Below, one piece after another: positions 1-13,382 of a stretch of DNA of 64,000 bases. Below the pieces are notes generated by a model. It was not told the DNA's origin and searched no databases. It saw only the letters and a list, made by a program, of their open reading frames with translations. Source of the stretch: Stegostoma tigrinum (lineage: Eukaryota); contig NC_081371.1 in NCBI RefSeq assembly GCF_030684315.1, forward strand, positions 48,862,390 through 48,926,389, written 5' to 3'. A program made the position numbers and the translations under genes. How positions within the stretch are numbered: position 1 is the stretch's first letter; each line of letters opens with the position of its first letter.

Positions 1-64
1 TCCCCCCCACCAACCCTGTGACCCTTAAGAGTTATTTCACATTAATTCTTTGATTCTGTTGTGA

Positions 65-280
65 ATGGCAGGTAAAGGTAACGACACCATAGTCTTAACA
101 GATGTCTCACTGGAGGGAGATTACGGGTAGTGGTTTAACTTGCAGGTTGCTATATCACAGGCAAGGGAAGAAATTGAGAAGGAGAGTTCTTGTTGGTATC
201 CTCAGCTGGTGTGGGAATTGATCAAATGGTGTTGACATCACGCTGCATCGCAAACCAGCATCCAGGTAATTGTGCTAACC
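65..280 (-). mobile_element. tRNA-derived SINE; further copies at ~28385-28580 and ~35880-36105
   Basis: Three similar copies sharing ctgcatcgcaaaccagc…gctaacc (reverse complement of a ggttagctcagttgg tRNA-like head). Confidence 0.72.
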
Positions 281-336
281 AATGGCAGGACACAGTAGTT
301 AAGCACCTCACCAAGACAGATTTTAAGTGAACAAAC

Positions 337-501
337 CCTTTCAATAGCTTTTGCTAGCTGGTTGCCAGCTATGCCAGCCTCTTTGCGAGCCTCTTTCAGC
401 TCCTGTCGGAGTTCGTCATTTCTCCCCATAAGCTGGTCTAACTGTGCTTTCAGGTGAACATCACTGTTGAATTTATCTGTGGTATTCTTTCTCTCAATTG
501 C
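337..501 (-). CDS. CEP290: CEP290 exon 21 (AIERKN...HLKAQLDQLMGRNDELRQELKEARKEA...AIER); gene continues beyond position 1
   Basis: 165 nt, CAG/GTTTGT; homologous to human HLKAQVDQLTGRNEELRQEL. Confidence 0.97.
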
Positions 502-1049
502 CTGAAACAAGATTTGGTGTAGCTCGATTAGTAGGTCAGCGCATGTTGCATTTTAAATCAGATTCACAAGTCAAAGTCACTTTGTCACATATGTAATAGA
601 AAGAATTCACTCAGGAATGGCTCTGTGAACTAATGCATAACATTTATCAATGGTTAGTAATATCAGGTTTCCATTGTTGCCCATCTGTCAAATATTACCC
701 ACTGAATACTCTGTAAACACAGTTCTGCTGCAAACTGCAAGGGCTCAGGTTTCACAGAATGTACAAATGTTGGCTATGTTTGCCCATTTTTTTTACATGA
801 ACATTCGAGTTTCCAAATCTTTCTTTTATGTTATCTGTGAAAAGATTTTTCTGATACCCATGGATATAGTTTTTGGAATAGCTTACAGCTATGGAATAGC
901 TTAAAGCTTACAACTTTGACAAAGGGCAATCACGCATGTTAAAAAGCTTAAAAAGAACTGCAGATGCTGGAAATCAGAAAAATAAAAAATGGAAATTGCT
1001 AATAAAAAGTGTTAACATTTCACGTCCGATAAGATTACGACTATAGGAT

Positions 1050-2490
1050 ATTCCTGGGAGATTGTCCAGTGAAGTTGTAAAGGTGGAATTGAGAAATAAG
1101 AAAAGGAAGATCACCTTGTTGGGATCGTGTTATAGCCCCCGCCCAGTAGTCATGGGAAATTGAGAAGCAAATATATAAGCCCTCCAATATCTCTAAAAAT
1201 AACAGATTTGTAATGGTAGGGGATTTTAACTTTCCAGACATAGATTGGGACTGTCATATTGTTAAGGGCTTGGATGGGGAAAAATTTGTTGAGTGTGAGC
1301 AAGAAAACTTTCTTATTAAACGTGTGGACGTACCAACTAGACAAGGAGCAATACTTCTGTTGGGAAATAAGGCACGGCAAGTGACCAAGGTGTCAGTAGG
1401 GGGGCATTTTGGGGGAAGTGATCATAATTCTTTTCGTTTTAAAGTAGTTATGGAAAAGGTAGAACTGATCAAATTGGAATAAAGCCAATTTGTATGGTAT
1501 CAGGCAGGAACTTTGAAAAGCTGATTGGAGGAGGCTATTTGCAGGTAAAGGCATAGTTGGGAAGTGAGAGGCCTTTAAAAATGAGATAAAGAGAATTTAG
1601 AGATAGTATGGTTCCGTCACTGTGCAAGACAAGGCTGGTAGGTGCAGGGAATGTTGGTTAACTAGAAAAGTTGAGGCTCTGGTCAAGAAAAAGAAAGAAA
1701 CATATATAAGGTATAGACAGCTGGGGTCAAGTGAATCCCTAGGGGACTATGAAGGAAATCAGTAGGGCACAAAGGGGATATAAGAAAGCTTTGACAACTG
1801 GAGTTAAGGAAAATCCAAAGAAATTCTTAAAGTACATTAAGGGTAGAAGAGTAACTAGAGAAAGAATAGGACCCCTTAAAGATCAACGTGGCCATTTATG
1901 TGTGAAACCGCAGGATAGGTAAGATACTAAATGAATATTTCACTTTAGCATTACTGTGGAGTAGGACATGAAAGCGAGGGTACTTGAGGAAATAGTGATC
2001 TCTTGAAAAAAGTTCATATCACAGGAGAAGTGGTGCTGGAGGTCTTAAAATATAAAAAGGTAGATAAGTTTCTGGGACCTGATCAGGAGTTTCCCAGAAT
2101 TTTGTGGGAAGCTAGGGAAGAGATTGCTGGGCCTCTAGCTGAGATATCTGTATCGTTGAGAGCAATGGGTGAGGTGCTGAAAGACTGGAGGTTGGGTAAT
2201 GTGGTGACATATTTATGAAAGGCTGTATGGAAAAGGCAGTGAACTATAGACTGGTGAGCATTATGCCAGTGATGGGTGAGTTGTTGGAGAGATTCTGAGA
2301 GACAGGATTTACATGCATTGGGAAAGGCAAGGACTGGTTAGGGATAGTTAACACAACTTTGTGCTTGGGAAATTGTATCTCTTGAACTTGGTTCAATATT
2401 TTGAAGAGGTGACAAAGACGACTGATGAAGGCAGAACAGTACTTGTTCTCTTTACAGACTTCAGCAAAGTGTTTGACAAAGTTCCAATTG
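1050..2490 (+). mobile_element. CR1-type LINE ORF2 fragment (endonuclease end to RT start), decayed
   Basis: ORFs contain MVGDFNFPDIDW, GSDHNS and KVDKFLGPD..FPRILWEAREEIAGPL; a DFSK.FDKVP motif lies near 2455-2485. Many stops. Confidence 0.92.
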
Positions 2491-2679
2491 CAGAGTTCAC
2501 AGTGTCACAAATAGGGAGTGAAATATAGAGAGGAATCACAAATAGATGGAGAAAAACAGATAGAATGTGCAAGACTGAAAGAGATCATGATTTTTAAGTA
2601 TGAGTCTCAGCACAATGTCAAAAAAAAATGAAAGCTGTGTCAGACAGCCAAGCGGAATTAGGATCATATTTAAGCTGTG

Positions 2680-3286
2680 TGTGACAATGTTGTCACTTTA
2701 ACAATGTTGTTTTGTCCTGTGTTTTTTTTGAAGAAAGGTTGTAAACTCAGAGACAAAGTGTCTACTAGAGCTGGCCAAGTCAATAATTTAAGAGGCCTTT
2801 AGGTTTTTTTTAAAGCAGATGTAACAATGGAAGGGGAGTGGCTAATTTTCCCAGATCAGACTTTCTAGTTTTTTTAAGCTGTAGCAGTGAGTAGCTGTTT
2901 GGGTGCCAGAAGAGTTGGAATTTCAGTAAATGATTCCTAATTGTAACTTGTTCTGAAATCTCTCAATGTTGAATTGCACGTAAGAATCTGTGTTTGAATT
3001 CACCCTTTTGCCTATGGGTGTTGCTAGGAACAATTAATTAGTACTAAATACTGTATCTATTATTCGGTTAAGTTTTCCAAATGTTGTTATAGTAGATTCC
3101 TCTTTCTTTTGTTTGTATTTTAATTATAGGGTTTAAATAAATTATCCTTTGCTTAATGCCAAGTGGTTTGACCAGTTGCATCACATCTGGAACATGCACT
3201 TCACACCTACCTTTAAACTAAGAAAAAGTCAGGCTCTAGCCTACCTTCTGAAAATATTTTGAGTGGGTCTGGTCTAGTCCATAACA
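2680..3286 (+). mobile_element. Solo LTR (probably Gypsy-type)
   Basis: 607 bp, termini TGTGACA…ATAACA, 4-bp TSD TGTG (2676-2679 and 3287-3290), AATAAA at ~3137. Confidence 0.75.
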
Positions 3287-3903
3287 TGTGACTGAGGAAT
3301 GTGAACTGCCAGTGAATAATGTCATGAAAGATGCAAAAGGAACTAAGTGGAGTTGAAATGCCCATCAACCATGAGTAAATGGTGGAGTGGACTCGGTGGG
3401 CTGAATGGCCTTACTTCAACTCCTATGTCTTATGGTCTTATGGTCTGAGGAGTATGCACTTCTCTTGCTGTAGCTATTTACACATGTTTTTTGATTGAAA
3501 ATGCTCATTTATTTCACAGAACAGCACAGATGTAAATAAAAAACCAATCCTTGGCTCTCAGTATTATGGGGCAAAAGCTGCTATAATGGAAGAAATGGTC
3601 CTTCAAGAGTCAGCACATAAAGTGTCAGAATGTTTTACTGGATTAGTGCACCAATCAATGTATTATTTTTGCTATTATTTTCAGGGATGTAGACCATCAT
3701 TAGCTAGACCAGTATTTATTACGCATCCCTAATTGCTATTGAGAAGGTGGTGGTGAGACACTATCTTGAACTGTTGCAGTCCATGTAGTGTGGTACACTC
3801 ACTGTGTGGTAAGGAAGGGAGTTTCAGAATCTTGACCCAGGGACACTGAAGGAATGACAATATCATTCCAAGTTAGAAATTAGAACAAAAAAAAGTTACT
3901 TAC

Positions 3904-4046
3904 TGTAACTAGTTTCTCCAGACTTTCTATCTTAAGAATTTCTTCCCCACCTTTTGAAATGGTTTCCACTTGCGTACTCTTTATGGCTTGTAAAATGTCT
4001 TTCATACCACTTTCAAATTGTTTATTCTCTTCTACCAGTTTTTTTA
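3904..4046 (-). CDS. CEP290: CEP290 exon 20 (KKLVEENKQFESGMKDILQAIK...SLEKLVT)
   Basis: 143 nt, phase 1-0, CAG/GTAAGT. Confidence 0.96.
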
Positions 4047-4947
4047 CTGTAACCAACCGATATTACTCACATGAGTAAAGGAACTACAGTTGTCAAATTT
4101 AATTCATTGAAAAGAAATCATATTAATCATGCATTTTTACAAAAGCATAAAAGTAACTCAAGTATATCACAACACATTTAGCACTTTTAATAAAATGTAA
4201 CATCCCAAGGTGCTTTACAGGCATGACAAAATATGACATTAAACCACCGTGGAACTTTCTGGTCAGATGGCCAAACTCTTAAAAGCAGGAGGATGATGTA
4301 GACAGGCAGAGAAATAGGAAGGAAATTCTGGAGATTGGGGCGAGACAACCAAAGGCACTAGCACCAAAGCTGCAGCAATTACAAAAACCGAAATAACTGC
4401 AGATGCTGTAAATCAGGCACAAAAACAAAAAGGTGCTGGAGAAGCTCGGCAGGTCTGGCTGCATCTATGAAGGAAAAAACATAGTTAACATTTCGTGTTC
4501 CTCAGAACATAGCAGCAATTATACCTGGTAATGCAGGTGAGGACGTATTCAGAGGAACACAGATACCTGAGGTTGCAGGGTTGGAGCAGGTTACAAAAGT
4601 ACAGATGCGCAATGCCAAGGAAAGGTTTTAAAAAAAAGAGAGAATTTTTACATCCAGACATTTTTTGATCAGGAACCAATCAATAGCAGTGATAGAGAAA
4701 CAGACTAGGTATGAATTAAAACATGAACTGCAGAATCCTGAATGATCTGAGTTTTGGGAAAGTACAATATTGGAGTCTAAACAGAAGTGCATCGAAAGAG
4801 CCATAATCGAGAGATACAAATAATGAAGGTATTGGTGAGGGCTTCAGCCAGCTCGGAGATCAACCCTGGTTTAATAAGGATTGCAGGACAGCATGCCAAT
4901 AGCAGTACCAGACCTGCATGAAAATGAGGAGTCAACTTGGTGTAACT

Positions 4948-5076
4948 AGTCCTGCTGAAGGGTCCTGACTTGAAATGTTGACTTTCCTGCTCCTCTCATG
5001 TTGCCTGACCTGCTGTGCTCCTCCAGCTCCACACTGTATTGATTCTGACTCCAGCATCTGCAGTTCTTGCTTTCTC
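4948..5076 (+). mobile_element. Short PLE-derived element, degenerate hammerhead
   Basis: agtc-CTGCTGA-agggtcctgactt-GAAA-tgtt-gact (stem I agtc/gact) plus the family tail. Confidence 0.78.
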
Positions 5077-5269
5077 ATAGTCGTGTTTGAATTGGTTTCA
5101 TTCAAATCAGAGGATTTGAGACTGAAATTGGTTATTCCCTAAAGACATGTTTGGTGCAAGATTGCTATACTATTAAACACACTAATTAAGGATTCATTAT
5201 TGGCTAAACTGTTGGTTGTATACAGGTTATACAAAACAATTTTAAAGTTTTATTTTGAAAAAAGCTTAC

Positions 5270-5354
5270 ATTTGGCATTTAGTTGAGCGACTTCAGTCCT
5301 CGTTTCTTCCAATTCTTTTTCCTTTACTTCCAGTTCTCTTGAAATATATTCATT
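5270..5354 (-). CDS. CEP290: CEP290 exon 19 (NEYISRELEVKEKELEETRTEVAQLNAK)
   Basis: 85 nt, phase 0-1, CAG/GTAAGC; homologous to human NEFLSRELIEKERDLE. Confidence 0.95.
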
Positions 5355-5532
5355 CTGAAAAATGTTGCAAACATAATTCATCAACAGAGAATTACTGACA
5401 TACTTATCATGTCTCTTTAGAACCACAGGATCATGCAATGTTTAAAGCACAAATGCCATTTAGCCCATCACTCCTGTCAACTTTCTGCAAGAGCAATTCA
5501 GACGGTCTCAACTCTACTCGCTATTTCCCCAC

Positions 5533-8500
5533 AAAGTCAAAAGTGACTTGACACCAGGTTATAGTCCAACAGGTTTATTTGAAATAACAAGCTTTTGGAG
5601 CATAGCCCCTTCATCAGGTGAAGTGAGAGAGAAGCACACAGAACACAGACAGACCAAAAGATCATACAAATGGTGAGTGGACTGTTGAATAATAATAATC
5701 ACTACCTGCAGTATTAGGCGGTGAGAGAGAAGTGTCAACAGCTGAATAACAAACAAACAGATGATCCAGAATCCGATTAATTGAGACAGAGAAATAATTA
5801 CAAAAATATTAAAAATACTGTGGTGCTGGAGCCAAAACAGATGACTGGAATAACATGGTAGGTATAAGAGTTGCATGCCGAGGGTCTGTATAATTAAGGT
5901 AGAGAGATCGTAACAATTTATCTAGGTGATGGTATCAAAACAGGACAGTAAGGAAGATTTTACAGATACGGAACAGTGTGGTGGGGTCACCTGTATGCAC
6001 GACATGAACCCAAGATCACGGCTGAGGTCAGCTTCATAGGTACGAAACTCAGCTATCAGTCTCTGCTTGGCGATTCTGCGTTATTGTATATCTCGAAGGC
6101 TGCCTTGGAGGATGCTTACCCGAATATCGGAGGCTGAATGCCCTTGATCGCTGAAGTATTCCCTGAATGGGAGGGAACACATCTATCGAGTGATTGTTGT
6201 GCAGTGTCTTGCAGAGGTTGCCACGGCAGGATCACGTGGTGTTGCATTGAAGGCTGGGCAGTTTGCTGTGAACGATGGCCTGTTTAAGGCTGGGCAGTTG
6301 TTTGTGGAGGCACAAGGATGGACTTGGTGAGATGCTCGTCATCATTAATGACATGAAGGCTGCAAAGAACATGGCGCAGTCTCTCTGCTCTGGGGAAATA
6401 CTGGACAACAAAGGGTACGCTATCAATTGTATCCTGCGCCTGTCTTCTGAGGAGGTTGTTGCAGTTTTTCACTGTGGCACATCGGAAATGGCAATTGCAT
6501 GCATGCACACCACGAACAAGAAACTGGAGAAACTTGGCATCACCACCAGCAGTAACCAAGCCTCCCCTGGTACCACGGTTGAAACTGGTATCACCAGGGA
6601 AATTTGTCATCAACTTGTCTGACCATACTCTTCAACTGGACGAAATCGAAGTTCTCATCCAAGGGCTCAATTTCTGCCCCACTACCAAAATCGACCCCAT
6701 TGGTCTGGTGGCAGACACAGAAGAATTCATCAGGCCAATGGGGCTCTGGGAATTCTTTCACAAACCCCAAGATGTCAGCAGTGAACCCAATGAGACAACC
6801 AGTGAACCAGAGTAGTCGACAAGAGAGATCCACAGTGTAGTGACAACAGAAGAAAGGTTGATGTGAACCCCTCTAGAAAGCTGCTGTCCTATGCTCAACA
6901 TGTATGCTCAAGCCATCAAGAGATGCATTAACGCTAGATTAATCAGCTATGCTCACAAGATAGCACACAACGCAACCCATCCATGCTCTCAAGACGAATC
7001 AGAACACTGTCATCAAATCAGCAGACAAAGGAGGAGCCACTGTCATACAGAATAGAATGCACTACTGCAAAGAAACATACTGACAACTGAACAACCGGGA
7101 ACACTACAGACCAAATCCGACCAAAGAATATACCTGTCAACTGAACAGACTGGTCAAAACCTTTGATCCAGGTCTTCAAAGTATTCCATACACTCTCATC
7201 CCATGTACTTCCCACGTAGGAGATTTCTACTGCCTTCCAAAGATACATAAAGCCAACATACCTGGGTATCCCATCGTATCAAGCAATGGGACCCTGTGTG
7301 AGAAGCTCTCCGGCTATGTTGAGGGCATATTGAAACCCACTCTACAAAGAATCCCAGCTTCTGTTGTGACACTGCAGACTTCTCACCAGAAATTCAGCAC
7401 CCAGGGCCATTCCTCATCAGAATGGACATTTCTGCACTCTGCACCAGCACTCCCCTTGAGAATGGCAATGCTCCAACAACCTCAGTATTCAATACCATCA
7501 ACTGCCAATTTCCGGACGCCATCCTACAACTCATCATCGTCACCTTTGACAACCAGTTCTTTATCTAGACACACCGAGCAGCCATGGGAACCAAACTTGC
7601 TCCCCAATATGTCAACATTCTCATGCATAAGTTTGAGCAAGATTTGTTCTCTGGGCAGGACTTCCAACCAACACTATACACCAGATACATCGATGACCTC
7701 TTTTTCCTTTGGATTCATGGCGAGGAATCACTGAAATGACTATATAGCAATATCAACAAGTTTCATTCTACCATCACACTTCCCATGGACAACTCTTCCG
7801 AATCAGTATCATTCTTGGACACATGAATCTCCATCAAGGATGGACACTTCAGTAACTCACTCTCCTGCAAGTGCATGGATAACGTCACAATGCCGTTCTT
7901 CTGTAGCTTCTACCCTAAACAAGTTAAAGAAGCCATCACCGATGGAAAAGCTCTGTGCATTCACAGGATCTACTTAGATCAGGAGAAACATGATGGATAC
8001 CTAAAGATTTTGAAGGATGCCCTCATAAGAATGGAATATGATGCTCAACTCATCAATCACAAGATCCGACACGCCATAGCGAAAAACCACAATGACGTTC
8101 TCAGAAGGCAGGCACAGAATACGAACTGTAGAATACCTTTAGTTGTCCAGTATTTCCCTGGAGCAGAAAGTCTATGCTATGTTCTTCACAGACTTCACCA
8201 TATCATCAATGATGATGAGCATCTTGCCAAGGCTATCCCTACACCACCACTTCTTGCCTTTAAACAACCACCAAACTTCAAATAGACTATCATTTGCAGC
8301 AAACTAGCCAGCCTTCAGGACAACATCAGCCACAACACACCACAACCCCACGGCAATAGCTGCAAGACATTCCAGATCATCGACATGGAGACTACCATCA
8401 CACGTGGGAGCATCAGCCACCAAGTGCACAACAGATACTTATGTGACTCAGCCAATGTTGTCTATCTCATACGCTGCAGGCAAGGATGCCCCAAGGCATA

Positions 8501-9190
8501 GTATATTGGCAAGGCCATGCTGGCTCTCTGACAATGGCTGAATGGACACTCTGCAACGATTGCCAGACAGACATGTTCCCTCCCAGTCAGGGAACACTTC
8601 AGCAATCAAGAGCATTCAGCCTCTGATCTTCATGAAAGCATCCTCCAAGGCAGCCTTTGAGACACTCAACAACGGAGAATCACCAAGTGGAAGCTGATAG
8701 CTGAGGTTGAAACCCATGAAAACGGCCTCAACCGTGATCTTGGGTTCATGTCGTGCTACATGTAACCCCACCACACTGTTCTGTGTCTGTGAAATCTTCC
8801 TCACTGTCCTGTTTTGTCACCATCACCTGGATAAATTAAGATCGCTCTACCTTAATTAGTTTGTACAGTTTTGGATTACTTACAACTTTGGTTAGGCACT
8901 TGGCATGCGACTCTTATACCTACCATGTTATTTCAGTTATTTGTGTTGTCTCCAGCACCACCTTACTTTTAGTTTTTTGTAATTATTTCTCTGTCTCATT
9001 TATTTGGATTGTAGGTCATTCCTTTGATTGTTATTCAGCTGTTGCCACGTTTCTCACAACATTTAACACGTTGGATCACCTGCAGGTGGCCATCATTATT
9101 ATTATTCAATGCTCCACTCACTATTTGTATGATCTTTTGGTCTTTCTGCCCTTGATCTCTCTGCCCCTGAATTCTGTGTTCTGTGTGCAA
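5533..9190. mobile_element. Decayed Penelope-like element (second family): minus-strand 3' arm ~5533-6465 joined to plus-strand body ~6466-9190
   Basis: Frameshifted RT fragments (LSDHTL..EIEVL..GLNFCPT; aga tac atc gat gac = RYIDD at ~7683) and GIY-YIG remnants. The peptide LRRQAQ..P.VVQYFP.AE appears on both strands. Degenerate hammerhead core (cac CTGATGA aggggctatgctcc AAAA gc) at ~5590-5620 minus. Confidence 0.88.
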
Positions 9191-9689
9191 ATTTTTGTTT
9201 TTGTTACAGCTCATATCTGCTTTAGGCTGCCAGAGCATTCCATCCAGAAAGATCCCTTTGTTTGTTGTTTACTGTCTTGCTGGGTGCAAATTGACTCTTA
9301 TGACTCTATGAGTCATTTAGCATGAAAGCGGACCCTTTCATGCAACCAGATCATGCCAATCATAATCACAAACTAAATAGTCACACCTGCCTGCTCCTGG
9401 GCCTATATCCCTGCTAACCTTTCCTACTCATGTCCTTATCTAAATGGCTTTTAAACATTCTAATTGCACCCACATCCATCATTTCCTCAGGAAGTTCATC
9501 CCACGTGAACCACCCTCCATGCAAAAAAAATTGCCCATGTCTTTTTAAAGCCTATCCTCTCACCTTAAAAATGCGCCTTCTAATCTTGAAATCCCCATTG
9601 TAGGGAAAAGACAACTACCGTTAATTCTATCTATACCCTTCATTATTTTATAAACTTCCGCATGGTTGCCTCTCAACCCCATTTTAAAA

Positions 9690-11720
9690 AATATATATTA
9701 ATGTGATTTGGGTGTCACTGCTGGGCCAACATTTATTGTCCATGCCTAGTTGCTTGAGAAGGTGGCGATGAGTTGCATTCTTCAACCACTTGGTGCAGGT
9801 GCACCATACTGTTGTTAGGAAGAAGTTCCCAGTTTTTGACATAGAAATACTCAAGAAATGGCAATATATTTCCATGTTACGATGGCATGCGTCTGGAGGG
9901 GAACTTGCCGGTAGCAATGTTGCCAAGTATCTGCTGTCTTTGTCCTTCAAGATGATTATGGTCATGGGTTTAGAAGGTGCTGTCTAAGAAAGATGAAGAA
10001 TTTCTGAAGTACATTACGAAGATGGAACACGTTGCTGTGACAGAGTGTCAGTGTTGGAGCAGGGTGTGACTGTGGTAACAACTGTGGTGGCTGCTTTGTC
10101 CTGGATCTGAACTTGTGCAGATAAATGGTGAGCATTCCATCACACTCTTGACTTCTACCTCACAAACAAGGGGCAGATTTGAGAGAGTTGGGAAGTGAGT
10201 TATTCACTGCAGGACTCTGACCCTCTGATTTGATCTTACAGCAGTATTTATGTTATTATTCCAGTTCAGTTCCTAGTCAATGGTAACCCCACAATGTTGA
10301 TAGTGTGGAATTCACATATGGTAAAGCCATTGAATGTCAAGGCACAATACCTGATTCGCTCTTATTGAAGATAGTGGTTACCTGGTACTTCTGTGGCATG
10401 AATATTACTCATCATTTCTTTGCCCCATCCTGAATATTGTCTAGATCTTGCTGCATTTAAACATAAACTGTTTCAGCATCTGCCAAGTTGTGAATGGTCC
10501 TGAGCATTATGTAATAATCAGCAAATGTCCCTACTCCTACCTGACGACAGAAGGAAGACCATTGATGAAACTGACAAAGAGCTTCTGCAAGATGTCCCGG
10601 AGCCAAGATAACTGATCGCCAATAACCACAACCATCTTCCTTTGTGCTACACAAGACTCCAAACAGTGAGTTTCCTCGGATTCCCAATGACTTCAGTTTC
10701 GTTAGGCCTCCTTGATGTTACACTCCATCAAATATTATGTTGATGTCAATAGCAGTCATTCTCACTTCACCTCTGGAATTCAGCTTATCTATCCATATTT
10801 GAACAGAGGCTGTAATGATGTCAGGCAGTGAATGGCTCTGGCAAAAACCAAACTGAGCATCACTGGGCATTGCTAACCAACTGCTGCTTGATGGCACTGC
10901 TGATGACTCCAACCATCACTTCACTGACAACCTAGAAGAGACCAATGGGGCAATAGCTGGCTGGTTTAGATTTGTCCTGTTTTTATGCATAGGACATATC
11001 TGGGAAAAATTCCACAATTTTCCTTTGCAGGATCAGTCCCTTCAGCCACTTAAATATACCATATGGAGTGAAATGATTTGGTTGAAAATTGGCATCTGGA
11101 TCCACCACTCAGCACTCCCACTGAAAACTGCTGCAAATGCTTTAGACTTATCTCTTGCACTGATGTGTTGGGCTCCATCATCATTTAGGATTGACAGCGC
11201 TGTGGAACCTCTCTTGCAGTGAACTTATCCACCATGATTCATGACTGGATATGGCAGGACCACAGAGTTTCGATCTGATCCTTTTGTGGTGGAATCGCCT
11301 TACCCAATCAGTTGCTGCTAACACTGTTTGGCACACAAGTAATCCTGTAACTTTATCAGAGTGACACCTTGTTTTTAGGAATGCAGTGTACTGATCCTGG
11401 TATGCTCTCCTACATTTGTCATTGAACCAGCCTGATCCCCTGGATTGATGGTAATGGTAGAGTGCAGAATATGCTGAGCCGAGGCATGATAAATAGTTTT
11501 GAGTACAGCTCTGCTGCTGCTGATTGCCCACAGTACATGACTCATGCCCGTTTTTCGATTCTGGATCTGATCGAACATTATATAGCATTGTAATCTAATT
11601 TTAATTGACACATCTGCGTCAGTTTGGATCAAAAATTCTTGGAAATGGGAGATGGAGGGGTGGTACAGGACAGAGGATCCTGATGAATCTGCTGCCATCC
11701 AACACAGTTACTCCAGGGGG
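9690..11720 (-). mobile_element. Decayed CR1/L2-clade LINE (3' portion)
   Basis: RT remnants (QFGFCQSHS, LNSRGEVRMTAIDI, GTFADY) and a 3' tail caccttctcaagcaactaggcatgg shared with local SINEs. Confidence 0.8.
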
Positions 11721-12597
11721 CGAGCAATTAATCCAGTCGGAACTGATCATTCACAAAAATGTAACTTCCTATGTCTCTTTTACCAGTTGGGAGGTTTTGC
11801 ACTGGCAGAAGCACAACATATTATTTTCTTGTTTAGTTTCTCTGGCGCATTTAAATCTTTTTATCATGATTTCACATTAATATCTCAGTAGAAGCACCCA
11901 AACCTCATTTACACATTGACCGTGGTCCAGATTTAATGGGGTGATAGGGATCTCATTTGCCCGAGCCCGTGCTTTCTCCTTTCAGGAAGTCTCACCAAAT
12001 TAAATCTCAATCAGGTGGCCAGTGGTGGGCCTTCACCAGGATCAAGGACCCTGGGGGTAAAAGCATTAAGAGTTGCTAACCATTTAGAAGCTGACAGCTA
12101 CTCATTGCTTGGCAGTGTCACAAGGGAGGTGGTAACGTTTGCCAGTAGCATAGTCATCCAAGGTCAAAGATACCAGGAATGCAGGTACAGGTGGATCATA
12201 GCAGGAGGGGTATCATTGGATTGGAGAGGGTGCTCCAAGTTTGCTCTCACCCATCCAATTGCTGTGCATTACAAAAGACATCAAATGCCTTTGAACTAGG
12301 GATCCTATCATTCTGCCACTGCATCGCGCATCCTCCCAATAGCAGTAGTGGAATAAGGCACTTAAGCAAGGAATTAATCAATTGGCAGTGAGGGAGTCGG
12401 GTTGCCACATGTGGTTAATTTTCCCTACATTAAACACTGCCCTTTTTTTTGTAAAATGGGAAAGGTTCCCTGGGTCTGCTCTCATGGTGTAAATTTGTTA
12501 ACAGAACTCTCTTACTGAGTGCAACCCAATAAAGCACCCACTTAAACATTTTGCATGTCTTTGGTTTTATCAGTCTTGTAAAGATAATTTGTACGAC

Positions 12598-12690
12598 CTG
12601 CATTATTTGCCTGTTGAGCTTGGCAAGTTCGAATTCTGCATTCTGGTATGCTCCTTCTTTGTTCAGTAGCTCCCCTCGTATCTGACGGTT
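12598..12690 (-). CDS. Candidate extra CEP290 exon '18b' (NRQIRGELLNKEGAYQNAEFELAKLNRQIMQ), paralogous to exon 19
   Basis: 93 nt, phase 0-0, acceptor cctctgtAG, donor CAG|GTCGTA. Ungapped alignment to the exon 19 peptide gives 10/28 identities. Confidence 0.65.
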
Positions 12691-13382
12691 CTACAGAGGT
12701 GCATTGAGTCAGTTAGAATACACAAAGAGATTTAATCAATGTTTCAATGTTAGATTCAGCTTTTTCACTTGGGAGTCTTTATATTCTGCTCAAAAAAACT
12801 TCTCATACTCATACACCAGGGCAGGCCCACTTTCAAGAAGGCCTGGTTTATCAAAGTCATGTGAATCCCATTGTAATCCCATGCTGCACGGAATTTACAG
12901 CAGTGGATTAAGGAATTAATTACATTGCAGGCAAATATGAAGCGTAAGCAATACATACCGCTTGGAAAATAACACAGAATACTATTAAGAAGCAAAGGCA
13001 TGTCATGGTATATACTGGTATTTACATTTTTTTTAAACAGTAGTGTACAGAGAAAACCTTCTAGAGGTCTAGAATTGTAAAGTGGTTTAGTTGCATTGAT
13101 ATTATCGTCAAAGCATGGTTAGTACTTTGTGTAGTTTGGTGTCTATATTATGGAAACAATATACAGACACTGAAAAAAAAATGCAAAAGTTGTTTATAAC
13201 AGTGATACTAGAATTGAGAGATTACACTCAGCATGAAAGATTGAATGGACTAGAACTTCTTTTTCTAGAAAAGAGAAGCCGGTGATACCACCAAATAGAG
13301 GTACTTAAAATTATGATGGACAGATAAATTGAAAATATTTTCCACTTGTGGAGAAGACCAGAACTAGAAGCCATACATACGG

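Noticed and set aside
11750-12500. Possible MITE or DNA-transposon relic (similar-looking tracts at ~16550-16850, ~20880-21120 and ~31200-31700)
   Set aside because: Terminal inverted repeats and TSDs could not be established by eye.
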